From contig JBDWKL010000020.1 of NCBI GenBank assembly GCA_039973685.1, positions 40,459 through 104,458 on the forward strand: a stretch of 64,000 nt of DNA. The letters run 5' to 3'. The position numbers and the translations under genes were made by a program. The stretch comes from Hyphomicrobiales bacterium (GTDB lineage Bacteria; Pseudomonadota; Alphaproteobacteria; Rhizobiales; JACESI01). How positions within the stretch are numbered: the stretch's first letter is position 1; each line of letters starts with the position of its first letter. Below are positions 10,144 to 18,983 of this stretch, piece by piece. Under the pieces are notes generated by a model, which saw only the letters and a program-made list of their open reading frames with translations, was not told the DNA's origin and made no database searches.

Positions 10144-11973
10144 TTAGTAAACCCGCGCTTTAGGCTTGATATACGCAATTTCATTTGAAAGCGTATAGGT
10201 ATGAACGGGACGATCTTCTAACGACACAGTCTTCTTGTCCGTATCAATGTAAGCCAAAGAATGGTGCATCCAGTTCTTATCATCGCGATCAGGGAAATCC
10301 TCATGCGCATGGGCGCCGCGGCTTTCTTTACGATTTTGCGCTGAATCCATTGTTACAACAGCCTGAGAAATCAAATTGTCGAACTCAAGCGTTTCAATCA
10401 GGTCTGAGTTCCAAACCAGTGAACGGTCTGTCACTTTGATATCGTCGGAAGAATTCCAAACCTGATGGATTTTATCATGGCCTTCATCAAGAATTTCAGT
10501 GGTACGGAACACCGCGCAATTGTTCTGCATTGTGTCTTGCATAGACGCACGCAGTTCTGCGGTTGATGTTGAACCATTTGCATAACGGAAATGATCAAGG
10601 CGCTCGATTGAATTGTGACCAGCATCTGCTGGCAGTTCGCGTTGTTGCTCGCCCGCTGTCACAGTTTCACTGCAACGAAGACCAGCCGCACGACCAAACA
10701 CAACAAGGTCGATCAAAGAGTTTGAACCAAGACGGTTCGCACCATGAACGGACACACAAGCTGCTTCACCAATCGCCATAAGGCCTGGCACCACGCAATC
10801 AGGGTCACCATCAATTTTGTTGAGGACCTCGCCGTGGAAGTTAGTCGGAATACCGCCCATATTATAGTGAACTGTAGGGATCACAGGGATCGGCTCTTTC
10901 GTCACATCAACACCGGCGAAAACGCGGGCTGATTCTGAAATGCCCGGCAAACGCTCAGCCAGCAAAGCTGGATCAAGGTGGTCAAGGTGAAGGTGAATGT
11001 GGTCATTCTTCGCCCCAACGCCGCGTCCTTCACGAATTTCCATCGTCATTGAGCGGGAAACAACATCGCGAGACGCCAAATCTTTCGCACTCGGCGCATA
11101 ACGCTCCATAAAGCGCTCACCCTCAGAGTTGGTAAGATAACCGCCTTCACCACGTGAACCCTCAGTAATCAATGCACCCGCACCATAAATGCCGGTTGGG
11201 TGGAACTGAACAAACTCCATGTCTTGCAAAGGAAGGCCTGCACGCAGAACCATCGCATTACCATCACCCGTACAGGTGTGGGCAGAGGTTGCCGAGAAAT
11301 AGGCACGGCCATAACCGCCTGTTGCGAGAACTGTTTTCGATGCACGGAAACGGTGTAGTTCACCAGTTTCCATATCAAGCGCCACAACACCACGACACTC
11401 ACCATCTTCCATGATCAAATCGATCGCGAAATACTCGATGAAAAACTCAGTGTCATAACGAAGAGACTGGCCATAAAGCGTGTGAAGGATTGCGTGACCA
11501 GTTCGGTCAGCCGCCGCACAAGTCCGTTGTGCTGCAACACCTTCGCCGTATTCAGTGGTCATGCCACCGAAGGGACGCTGATAAATTTTGCCATCTTCAG
11601 TCCGCGAGAAAGGCACACCAAAGTGCTCAAGCTCATACACTGCTTGCGGCGCTTCGCGGCAAAGATATTCAATTGCGTCTTGGTCGCCCAGCCAATCAGA
11701 CCCCTTTACGGTGTCAAACATATGCCAGCGCCAATCATCTTGACCCATATTGCCGAGCGAGGCTGAAATACCGCCTTGCGCTGCAACCGTGTGCGAGCGT
11801 GTTGGAAATACTTTCGAGATACACGCTGTTTTCAAGCCAGCTTTCGCTGCACCCAAAGCTGCGCGCAAACCAGCGCCGCCTGCGCCAACAACGGCAACAT
11901 CGAACGTGTGATCAATAAACGTGTAGGCACGACCATTCACATTAACTGTGTTCTTGGAGGTGTTTTCAGACAT
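10144..11973 (-). CDS. sdhA: succinate dehydrogenase flavoprotein subunit
   Basis: FAD motifs [11 protein letters not shown] and [10 protein letters not shown] are present. I prefer the ATG at 11973 (GGGAG RBS 6 nt upstream) over the TTG at 11988 used by the ORF track. Confidence 0.96.
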   Translation of the reverse strand: MSENTSKNTVNVNGRAYTFIDHTFDVAVVGAGGAGLRAALGAAKAGLKTACISKVFPTRSHTVAAQGGISASLGNMGQDDWRWHMFDTVKGSDWLGDQDAIEYLCREAPQAVYELEHFGVPFSRTEDGKIYQRPFGGMTTEYGEGVAAQRTCAAADRTGHAILHTLYGQSLRYDTEFFIEYFAIDLIMEDGECRGVVALDMETGELHRFRASKTVLATGGYGRAYFSATSAHTCTGDGNAMVLRAGLPLQDMEFVQFHPTGIYGAGALITEGSRGEGGYLTNSEGERFMERYAPSAKDLASRDVVSRSMTMEIREGRGVGAKNDHIHLHLDHLDPALLAERLPGISESARVFAGVDVTKEPIPVIPTVHYNMGGIPTNFHGEVLNKIDGDPDCVVPGLMAIGEAACVSVHGANRLGSNSLIDLVVFGRAAGLRCSETVTAGEQQRELPADAGHNSIERLDHFRYANGSTSTAELRASMQDTMQNNCAVFRTTEILDEGHDKIHQVWNSSDDIKVTDRSLVWNSDLIETLEFDNLISQAVVTMDSAQNRKESRGAHAHEDFPDRDDKNWMHHSLAYIDTDKKTVSLEDRPVHTYTLSNEIAYIKPKARVY

Positions 11974-12010
11974 CAGTTGCTCCCGCAATCTGTAAATTTC
12001 TAACTAGGTA

Positions 12011-12379
12011 CTAAAGCGCAAGCTTTAGAATGGAAAAGACGCTAATGCCGCCAACAACAATCGCGAAGAATGTGTTGCCCATAAGCGCTAAAATTTTGGT
12101 GGTCTCGTTGGTGATATAATCTTCAATAATCACCTGCATGCCCAAACGCATGTGAAACACGCCGCTTAGGATGAAGAGGAGGAAAAAGACAGCAACAAGA
12201 GGAGAAGACAAAGTCGCCACGACTTTTTCATATGATGCACCGCTGAGGCACACCAACAAGATGACGAACACAACAGACAGGAGAAGTGTTGAAACCGCCG
12301 ATACACGTTGTTTCCAAAAATGATCTGTACCGTCTTTTGCAGACCCGAGACCACGAACTTTATTAAGTGATGTTTTCAT
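12011..12379 (-). CDS. sdhD: succinate dehydrogenase hydrophobic membrane anchor subunit
   Basis: 122-aa protein with 3 TM segments, placed between sdhC and sdhA. N-terminus ...[18 protein letters not shown] is typical of SdhD. Confidence 0.85.
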   Translation of the reverse strand: MKTSLNKVRGLGSAKDGTDHFWKQRVSAVSTLLLSVVFVILLVCLSGASYEKVVATLSSPLVAVFFLLFILSGVFHMRLGMQVIIEDYITNETTKILALMGNTFFAIVVGGISVFSILKLAL

Positions 12380-12388
12380 GACCTGCTC

Positions 12389-12802
12389 CTATCTCACCGA
12401 ATAACCAATGATCCAAACAAGGATCGTCAAAGCAACCGAGCCAACGGCCATGGCATAAGCCATCTTGGTTGCAAAATGCTTATCAAAGCCATGGCCCAAA
12501 TCCCACATAAAGTGACGAATGCCGCCAAGTGCGTGATGGATCAAAGCCCATGTGTAACCAAACAAGATCAAACGCCCGATTACCGAACCGAAAAAGTCGT
12601 TCACAAAGGCGAAATAAGCTTCACTCGTTGCAGCAGCAGCGAGCCACCACACCAATAACAAGGTGCCAAAATACAGCGCCGCACCTGTGATGCGGTGTAA
12701 AATCGACATAACCATCGTTGGAATTGGTTTGTAAATTTGAAGGTGAGGTGAGAGCGGCCTTTTTGCTGCAGCATCTGCGCTTTTCATGTTCTCGTCATCC
12801 AT
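12389..12802 (-). CDS. sdhC: succinate dehydrogenase cytochrome b556 subunit
   Basis: RPLSPHLQIYKP motif near the N-terminus, 3 TM segments, first gene of sdhCDAB. The exact start is uncertain (12802 or the ATG 15 nt downstream). Confidence 0.88.
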   Translation of the reverse strand: MDDENMKSADAAAKRPLSPHLQIYKPIPTMVMSILHRITGAALYFGTLLLVWWLAAAATSEAYFAFVNDFFGSVIGRLILFGYTWALIHHALGGIRHFMWDLGHGFDKHFATKMAYAMAVGSVALTILVWIIGYSVR

Positions 12803-12863
12803 TCCTAGTGTCGCGATGGCGCAACCCTATTTATTCATCAACAGTTTGTCATGCCCTCCTTTA

Positions 12864-12899
12864 TTCCTATGCAGCAGGAACAATCCTGCAAGTAGGAAC
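12864..12899. promoter_or_regulatory. two adjacent imperfect inverted-repeat words upstream of sdhC (possible operator)
   Basis: TTCCTatgcagcAGGAAC (12864..12881) is followed by TCCTgcaagtAGGAAC (12884..12899), 62-97 nt upstream of the sdhC start. Confidence 0.25.
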
Positions 12900-13081
12900 G
12901 CCTTGCTGAACCATCATCAACAAAGCAGACATTCAAACCCTTTTCGTAAAAACCCAGGCGCCGAAACCGAATAGGTGTTCTTTACCCTTTTAATGTGGTT
13001 GCCCGCAAAGGTCAAAGCACGACGGGATAAAAGTGTTTTTTCGTGAACGAAAATTCACCATAATGCGATCATTTGGATCTT

Positions 13082-13285
13082 CTATTGCTCGCCAAGCTTC
13101 ATATCGGGGTGGTACTCTGTTCCTCGAACATGCTTATAAACCGCCTGCGCACAAAGCACCGTGCCGTCAGGTTTCACTGACGTGGTGGGCGATCCATGCA
13201 AATCCCAGCCTTTGTTCAAGGCGACCGTCACCTTATGACAAAAGGCTGCGTCATCAGAACCTGTGAGAAGGCGATAGAGTTTCAT
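13082..13285 (-). CDS. DUF1737-like small protein, copy 1 (67 aa)
   Basis: MKLYRLLTGSDDAAFCHKVTVALNKGWDLHGSPT... fits the DUF1737 pattern as I recall it (short N-terminal strand, ...GW.L.G.P). AAAGGA RBS precedes the ATG at 13285. The ORF-track start at 13324 is probably too long. Confidence 0.68.
   Translation of the reverse strand: MKLYRLLTGSDDAAFCHKVTVALNKGWDLHGSPTTSVKPDGTVLCAQAVYKHVRGTEYHPDMKLGEQ
13149..13285. repeat. dispersed direct repeat, copy 1 (5' part of the DUF1737-like gene)
   Basis: Gapless alignment with 14137..14273. About 21 mismatches in 137 nt by hand count, roughly 85% identity. Confidence 0.85.
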
Positions 13286-13369
13286 CGTTGATAATCCTTT
13301 TATATTTTTTAATTTATTCCACAAATACTTTCATTGAAAGCGATCAATAAAAATAAAAGCATTTAAATA

Positions 13370-14136
13370 ATGGAACAAAAACATTTTTTATTAGCAGGAA
13401 TACCAGTATTTAAAAAATGCTGGCTTTGGATTTTAATTATTTCCATTTTCAACTTGCTCATAATCATTCCGACCCTGTTAGATTTGCCAAAAACACGCAG
13501 CCTAGGACCAGTGCCAACCCTTATACATTTCAGCTGGATCCTTTTAGCCTACAAAGCTCATTGCATCATTTTAGATATCAAGAAAACACCAAAGGAATTT
13601 TATTTTGAAGCGTGGGGATTTTTTTCCGACTAATCCTTTTGGTATATATATGTTTTGCACCGCCAACCATCTTTGCTCATATACTATTTGGAGGATACTT
13701 TTCGCGCATTTCTCTACTAATTACTCTGTTTATTTCGGGTATTGGCCTGCTTATTTTCTCAAGGCTGGCCACCTATCTCCCAGCCTATATTGCAGGGATC
13801 TATCCTAGCATTAATTCTGCATTTCAGCGCGGAAAAGACAATTGGAAAAATATCTTTGGCTCTCTCTTGTTATTAAATATAATTATTTTTGTTACCACTC
13901 AAATTTATTCAAAAGGAATACTGGGTTTGGCAAAACAATTTATGACCGCTCATCCAGAAATTGTCGCTACTAAAGGGAATGATGCCGCACTTTTGCCGAT
14001 TGCAGGATTCTCGCTAATCCTCACTATCCCAGTGTTTTTAATTTTGGGATACAGCGTGGCTTGCGGAGCCGTTATATTATCCCACGCTTATTTACGTGAC
14101 CCATCGGTCAGGTTGGATTATAACGCCGATGCATGA
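13370..14136 (+). pseudogene. polytopic membrane protein (paralog of 14367..15221) split into two frames at a T7 tract
   Basis: ORFs 13370..13633 and 13612..14136 are consecutive parts of one membrane protein. Adding one T to the T7 run at 13619..13625 fuses them into about 255 aa (...EAWGFF-FRLILLVY...). LATYLPAYIAGIYPSINSAFQRG aligns with LITYLPASVVGYGQGIMPAIARG of the downstream paralog. GC is very low, about 20-30% in sampled lines. Confidence 0.6.
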
Positions 14137-14273
14137 GCACAAAGCACTGTACCGTCAGGCTTCACTGACGTCGTGGGCGACCCATGCAAATCCCAACCCT
14201 TGTTCAAGGCAGCAGTCACTTTGTGACAGAAAGCGGCGCCATCAGAGCCTGTAAGAAGACGGCAGAGTTTCAT
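14118..14273 (-). CDS. DUF1737-like small protein, copy 2 (51 aa, divergent short C-terminus)
   Basis: MKLCRLLTGSDGAAFCHKVTAALNKGWDLHGSPTTSVKPDGTVLCAHASAL. AAGGGA RBS precedes the ATG at 14273. The 3' end overlaps the 3' end of the convergent membrane gene by 19 bp. Confidence 0.55.
   Translation of the reverse strand: MKLCRLLTGSDGAAFCHKVTAALNKGWDLHGSPTTSVKPDGTVLCAHASAL
14137..14273. repeat. dispersed direct repeat, copy 2 (5' part of the DUF1737-like gene)
   Basis: See copy 1. Homology starts at the nucleotide immediately after the TGA stop (14134..14136) of the upstream membrane gene. Confidence 0.85.
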
Positions 14274-14366
14274 CGCCGATATTTCCCTTACATTTTCCAA
14301 ATTTACTATTGATTATTTTATTTACTGTAATTTCATAACAATTTTACATACAATGGATGGATTATT

Positions 14367-15221
14367 ATGAACTTTAGCAGAAATATTTTCGTAGAAGCTT
14401 TGTGCTTATTTGAAAAAATCCCTGTGCCGCTTTTTGTAAGCTTTGCAGTCATAGCTATCATTCAATTTACGGCGCGGCTAGGCACAGTTGAGGTAATTTT
14501 ATCTGGAATTGTTGGCTTGGTAACAAGCTGTTATCTCGGATATCAAGTCCTCGCGACACTTTTAATACCAGACCGCGATCGCAGTTTTGACCTAAAAAAC
14601 ACTGCAGGGTTTGGATTTAGTCTTTTGATCTTATTTTTTGCATCATTTGCTCTATTATTCATCGTCGCCCTTGTCATCATTTTTCCACTAGTCGCTGTCG
14701 GCACAGCGACCGCTAAGGCCGCGTTAATTGCAACAGGCATCATCTTTGTCACGGCGCTTGGACTGACTCCTTTTTTGATTACCTATTTACCCGCCTCTGT
14801 CGTTGGTTATGGCCAAGGCATTATGCCAGCAATAGCCCGTGGATTTCGTCAATTAGGGTACATTCTTTCAAGATCATTTGTCGCAGTCATTGCGGGTTTT
14901 CTGCTGATCGTTTTGGTCACTTTATTGTTCTACCCCTTTGCACCACGAAATTTGGCCACGTCCATAGCACTCGGCAAGCCAGCTGATTTGTCGATCTGGC
15001 TTATAACCTTTACCTTTACCATGTCATTTATTGGATCTTATATCGGCTTAGTTAGTTATGTGATTACCGCGAGAGCCTTTCTTCTTGATGATCAAACATC
15101 TGAGTATATTGAAGAGCCCGTTTCTCAGCAGCGCACGTCACCTTCAAGATCAACAAGGCCAATGCAATCAGCGCCACAGTTAAATCGTCGCCGTAGTGGT
15201 CCCGCCTTTGGTCGCCGTTAG
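14367..15221 (+). CDS. polytopic membrane protein of unknown function with a basic disordered C-terminal tail
   Basis: 284-aa ORF with about 6 hydrophobic segments. The tail is ...SQQRTSPSRSTRPMQSAPQLNRRRSGPAFGRR. It is a distant paralog of 13370..14136. Confidence 0.7.
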   Translation: MNFSRNIFVEALCLFEKIPVPLFVSFAVIAIIQFTARLGTVEVILSGIVGLVTSCYLGYQVLATLLIPDRDRSFDLKNTAGFGFSLLILFFASFALLFIVALVIIFPLVAVGTATAKAALIATGIIFVTALGLTPFLITYLPASVVGYGQGIMPAIARGFRQLGYILSRSFVAVIAGFLLIVLVTLLFYPFAPRNLATSIALGKPADLSIWLITFTFTMSFIGSYIGLVSYVITARAFLLDDQTSEYIEEPVSQQRTSPSRSTRPMQSAPQLNRRRSGPAFGRR

Positions 15222-15326
15222 GGTTGCGAAGAGGGTGACGAGAACACTCTATTTTTGAATACCAACTTAGATGGTACTGATTGAGAATTTAGATGGTTTT
15301 GTCCGTTTTGCTTGCTATAAACTGAC

Positions 15327-16229
15327 ATGCAAAAAACTCTCTCTACTCTCGTCATAACAAGCCAAGTTGTCCGTGGTCGCATTGGAGCACGGGCATCAGT
15401 CTTTGCGCTGGAGCGGCTTGGGCATCCCGCTTGGTTCTTACCCACCATCACCCTGCCTTGGCATCCAGGTCATGGCAAAGGGCAGCGCATTGTTGCGCCC
15501 AGCGACGAGTTTGCAGCCATCATCGAAGATTTGATTGGAAACGATCAACTAGGCAATCTTGGCGGCATCATTACAGGCTATCTGGGCAACAGCGAACAAG
15601 CTGGCCCAATCGCCAAACTTATCAAAGCGGCAAAAAGCCATAATCCCAATCTGCTTTATTGCTGTGATCCTGTGATCGGTGATGAAGGCGGGCTTTATGT
15701 GCCTGAAGAAACAGCTGCGGCCATTCGCGATCAACTGCTCCCGCTTGCCGATCTCATCACGCCAAACCGTTTCGAGTTTGATTGGCTGACGGCAAAAACC
15801 CACGCCATCAATGAAGACATTGTGGAGACGGCCAAAACGCTTTCGCACCGCTATGTCGCCGTTACTTCTGCTTTCGCAATGATGAAACAATCACAAGGCA
15901 CCCTGCTTTATGATAGCGGAGCAAATGACGCCCTGCTTGCCGAACATCGTTCTTTCGAAAACGCGCCCAATGGACCGGGGGATTTATTTGCAGGTCTTTT
16001 GATGGCACGCTTACTAAGCGGACAAACCCCGCAAAAAGCCTTGCAAACAGCAACCGCTGGGGTTTTTGATGTGTTAGCGCAAACGGTAAAACGCGGGGCC
16101 GATGAATTGGTGCTGGTTGAAGAACAATCCCGCATCGACCACCCCATGGCGATGGTCAACATGCGCCGCGTCGGCGGCCCCGTCGTTCGCCGCAAAGGCA
16201 CAGTGGCAAAACCCACCTCGCTGACATAA
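15327..16229 (+). CDS. pdxY: pyridoxal kinase (PdxK/PdxY family, ribokinase-like)
   Basis: 300-aa ORF ...SQVVRGRIGARASVFALERLG...GYLG...YCCDPVIGDEGGLYV...ITPNRFE, typical of pyridoxal kinases. Confidence 0.8.
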   Translation: MQKTLSTLVITSQVVRGRIGARASVFALERLGHPAWFLPTITLPWHPGHGKGQRIVAPSDEFAAIIEDLIGNDQLGNLGGIITGYLGNSEQAGPIAKLIKAAKSHNPNLLYCCDPVIGDEGGLYVPEETAAAIRDQLLPLADLITPNRFEFDWLTAKTHAINEDIVETAKTLSHRYVAVTSAFAMMKQSQGTLLYDSGANDALLAEHRSFENAPNGPGDLFAGLLMARLLSGQTPQKALQTATAGVFDVLAQTVKRGADELVLVEEQSRIDHPMAMVNMRRVGGPVVRRKGTVAKPTSLT

Positions 16230-16347
16230 TTGAACTCAATCATCGCCAAAAACAAATAGGCAAAACCATCTAGCACCGCACAAGGATTGCCACCATCGGC
16301 TTGATCTGAAATAAGACGCCGAGATTAACTCATGACGAGGACCTCCC

Positions 16348-17010
16348 ATGCTCGACAAAAAACAATCCTTTCCAAATGACCTGCTTTCTGGATACAAAGA
16401 ATTCAAAGAAGACCATTTACCAGAAGCCCGCGCGCGCTACGAAATTCTGGCAGAGCTTGGCCAAAAGCCAAAGACCATGATCGTTTCTTGCTGCGACAGT
16501 CGTGCAGCACCTGAGACAATTTTCAATTCTGCACCAGGTGAATTGTTTGTCGTTCGTAATGTAGCAAACCTAGTGCCGCCCTATGAAGCTGACGATGGCT
16601 TTCATGGCACATCAGCAGCGCTGGAATTTGCCGTGCAAGCGCTCAAGGTTGAGAATATTGTTATCATGGGTCACGGGCGCTGCGGTGGCGTGCAAGCGTT
16701 TCTTCTTCAAGATGAAGGTGTGGTCGAAACAAAACCTCTTTCACCCGGTGATTTCATTGGCAAGTGGATTACATTGCTTGAGCCTGCCAAAGATAAAATG
16801 ATCTGCGAAGATGGCGCTGATTTTGCTTCCCGCAAGCGCGCCATGGAAGAAGCTGGCATTCGCAATTCTATTGACAACCTTATGACTTTCCCCTGTGTTA
16901 AAACACAAGTGGAGCGTGGGAAAATCACGTTGCATGGTGCTTGGTTCGATATTTCCACTGGTGAACTCTACACGATGGACCATGAAACAGGCGAATTTTC
17001 AACGGCCTAG
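16348..17010 (+). CDS. can: beta-class carbonic anhydrase
   Basis: Zinc-ligand motifs CCDSR and HGRCGG are present. Confidence 0.9.
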   Translation: MLDKKQSFPNDLLSGYKEFKEDHLPEARARYEILAELGQKPKTMIVSCCDSRAAPETIFNSAPGELFVVRNVANLVPPYEADDGFHGTSAALEFAVQALKVENIVIMGHGRCGGVQAFLLQDEGVVETKPLSPGDFIGKWITLLEPAKDKMICEDGADFASRKRAMEEAGIRNSIDNLMTFPCVKTQVERGKITLHGAWFDISTGELYTMDHETGEFSTA

Positions 17011-17058
17011 GGACAACCTTTAGATCGGGCCCTAGTATCAAAGATACGGGAGAAAGAC

Positions 17059-17490
17059 ATGAAAATCTTATCACTATCGGTCGCGCTATTGATGGCGGCA
17101 ATGCCAACATTTGCAACGGCGCAAACAACGATTGAAAAAGATGAAAGTCTAACCGCATGGTACGCCGCCCTTCAAAAGGCCGATGTGCCCGCGATGGAAG
17201 GCTTGATGGCGCCAGAAGATTTCTCACCGTTCAACTATGAAATCACCGATCTTGGTGTTGAACAAAACCGCAAAGAATTCATCGAATCCATGGCCGAGTG
17301 GGCGGGCGCGATTAACGGCGGCTCGATCGACTATAAAATCACCGAAGAGGGTGAAGGTTTTTTCAAAGCGCTGGTTTGTTATCGTTTTGTTGGCAGCGAA
17401 TTGCTTGCCGAAGAGAATGTTGGCGTATATGACACAAAAATCACCTCCATTGCACAAGTTGCCAAAGGTGATAGTTGCGCTGATTTCTAG
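17059..17490 (+). CDS. secreted small protein of unknown function (NTF2/SnoaL-like guess)
   Basis: Signal peptide MKILSLSVALLMAAMPTFATA/QT and GGAGAAAG RBS. The function is not recognised. Confidence 0.5.
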   Translation: MKILSLSVALLMAAMPTFATAQTTIEKDESLTAWYAALQKADVPAMEGLMAPEDFSPFNYEITDLGVEQNRKEFIESMAEWAGAINGGSIDYKITEEGEGFFKALVCYRFVGSELLAEENVGVYDTKITSIAQVAKGDSCADF

Positions 17491-17595
17491 ACACGCTGGA
17501 CCTTTATCCTGACCCAACAAAACAAAAATGCTGACAACGGCAAAAACGATAAAAACCCCCGCCATAAACAAGGCGGTAAGGGTGGTAAAAACACT

Positions 17596-18906
17596 GTGGG
17601 CTTAGCGGCCAGAAAACGCAGCCTGCATTTGCTCACCAAAGTGATTGATGAAGGTGAGCCGCTCGAATATTTGCTGGATCGCAAAGTGCTCGATGAGCTG
17701 CCCCCTAACGACCGCAGCCTCGCACGTGCCATCACGTCCACAACCTTAAGACGGCGCTTTCAAATTGAGAAAATCCTCAGCGGCTATATGCAAAAGCCGC
17801 TCGGAAGACGCGGTGGCCCTGCCATGCATTTGTTGCGGCTTGGTGTTGCTCAAATCTTGTTTTTGGATGTTGCAGATCATGCTGCCGTCAGCACCACAAT
17901 GGAGATTGCAAAAAGCGACCACAAGGCAAAGCATTTTTCAAAACTCATCAATGGCGTTTTGCGCACCATTGGCCGCGAGAAAGAAGAAATTCTCGCAAGC
18001 CTTGACCCCATCGACATCTTGCCGCAGTGGCTTTGCAAAACTTGGATTAAAGCCTATGGCAAGAAGACAGTTCTCGATATGGCGTCAGCTCTTTGCCATG
18101 AACCCTATCTTGATATTGCAACCAAATCAGATGCACCAAAATGGGCTGAAACGCTTGAAGGTGTCGCCCTGCCAACAGGCTCAGTACGCCTAAAATCACG
18201 TGGCGCTGTTCCTAACTTGTCAGGCTTTGAAGAGGGTGAATGGTGGGTTCAAGATACGGCCGCAAGCCTCGCGCCATCTTTGTTGGGTGATGTAAACGGT
18301 AAAACAGTCGCAGACCTTTGTGCCGCTCCTGGTGGCAAAACCGCTTATCTAGCAAGCAAAGGCGCACTTGTTACAGCCGTTGACAGCTCAGCACCGCGCC
18401 TTGAAAAACTAAACGAAAACCTAGAACGCCTCAATTTAAATGCTGACTGTGTGACCAGTGACGTTATGGCATGGAAGCCAGAGCAGCTTTTTGATGCAAT
18501 TTTATTGGACGCCCCCTGTTCTGCCACAGGCATTGTTCGCAAACACCCCGACATTCTGTCGCTCAAAGCCGAACAACAAATCCCGCAAATGGCGACACTT
18601 CAGCGCAAAATATTGAAGGCATCCGTTGCCTTCTTAAAACCTGGCGGCACTTTGGTATTTTGCACATGCTCGCTGCAGCCAGAAGAAGGCGAAGCGATAC
18701 TTGAGTATATCGAGGCGGAAAATTTACCACTGAAACTTGATCCAATCAGATCTGATGAAGTGGGCGGCGTTTCACAATTACTCCAAGAAAACGGCACCAT
18801 ACGCACCCTGCCTCATTATCTTGAACACGCCGACCCCGTGCTATCTGGCATAGACGGATTTTTCATGGCGCGTTTTCAACATGTAAATAACAAGAACAAC
18901 AGTTAA
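17596..18906 (+). CDS. rsmB: 16S rRNA (cytosine-C5)-methyltransferase, RsmB/Sun family
   Basis: SAM motif DLCAAPGGKT, catalytic-region DAPCSATG and TLVFCTCSL. The GTG start is uncertain. Confidence 0.85.
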   Translation: MGLAARKRSLHLLTKVIDEGEPLEYLLDRKVLDELPPNDRSLARAITSTTLRRRFQIEKILSGYMQKPLGRRGGPAMHLLRLGVAQILFLDVADHAAVSTTMEIAKSDHKAKHFSKLINGVLRTIGREKEEILASLDPIDILPQWLCKTWIKAYGKKTVLDMASALCHEPYLDIATKSDAPKWAETLEGVALPTGSVRLKSRGAVPNLSGFEEGEWWVQDTAASLAPSLLGDVNGKTVADLCAAPGGKTAYLASKGALVTAVDSSAPRLEKLNENLERLNLNADCVTSDVMAWKPEQLFDAILLDAPCSATGIVRKHPDILSLKAEQQIPQMATLQRKILKASVAFLKPGGTLVFCTCSLQPEEGEAILEYIEAENLPLKLDPIRSDEVGGVSQLLQENGTIRTLPHYLEHADPVLSGIDGFFMARFQHVNNKNNS

Positions 18907-18983
18907 TCCTGCCACAAAGTTCACAACCTATTGCACACAAAGGTAAGATTTACTTATGGTGGCGATCCAGCCTTTATTAGGCG

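Noticed and set aside
12838-12852. A mini-ORF (MTNC*) preceded by AAGGAGGG in the sdhC leader.
   Set aside because: The SD-like sequence is only about 2 nt from the ATG, which is too close for efficient initiation. A 4-codon ORF is unsupported without conservation data.
13605-13808. A third-frame 67-aa ORF across the T7 tract in the split membrane gene.
   Set aside because: It overlaps the two frames that together reconstruct a paralog-supported membrane protein, and it has no similarity to the paralog.
16337-16348. The 12-mer GAGGACCTCCCA lies immediately upstream of the carbonic anhydrase start and recurs at 20821..20832 upstream of purH.
   Set aside because: With about 2x10^9 position pairs in the window, on the order of 100 identical 12-mer pairs are expected by chance. 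It most simply reflects similar RBS contexts (GAGGA).
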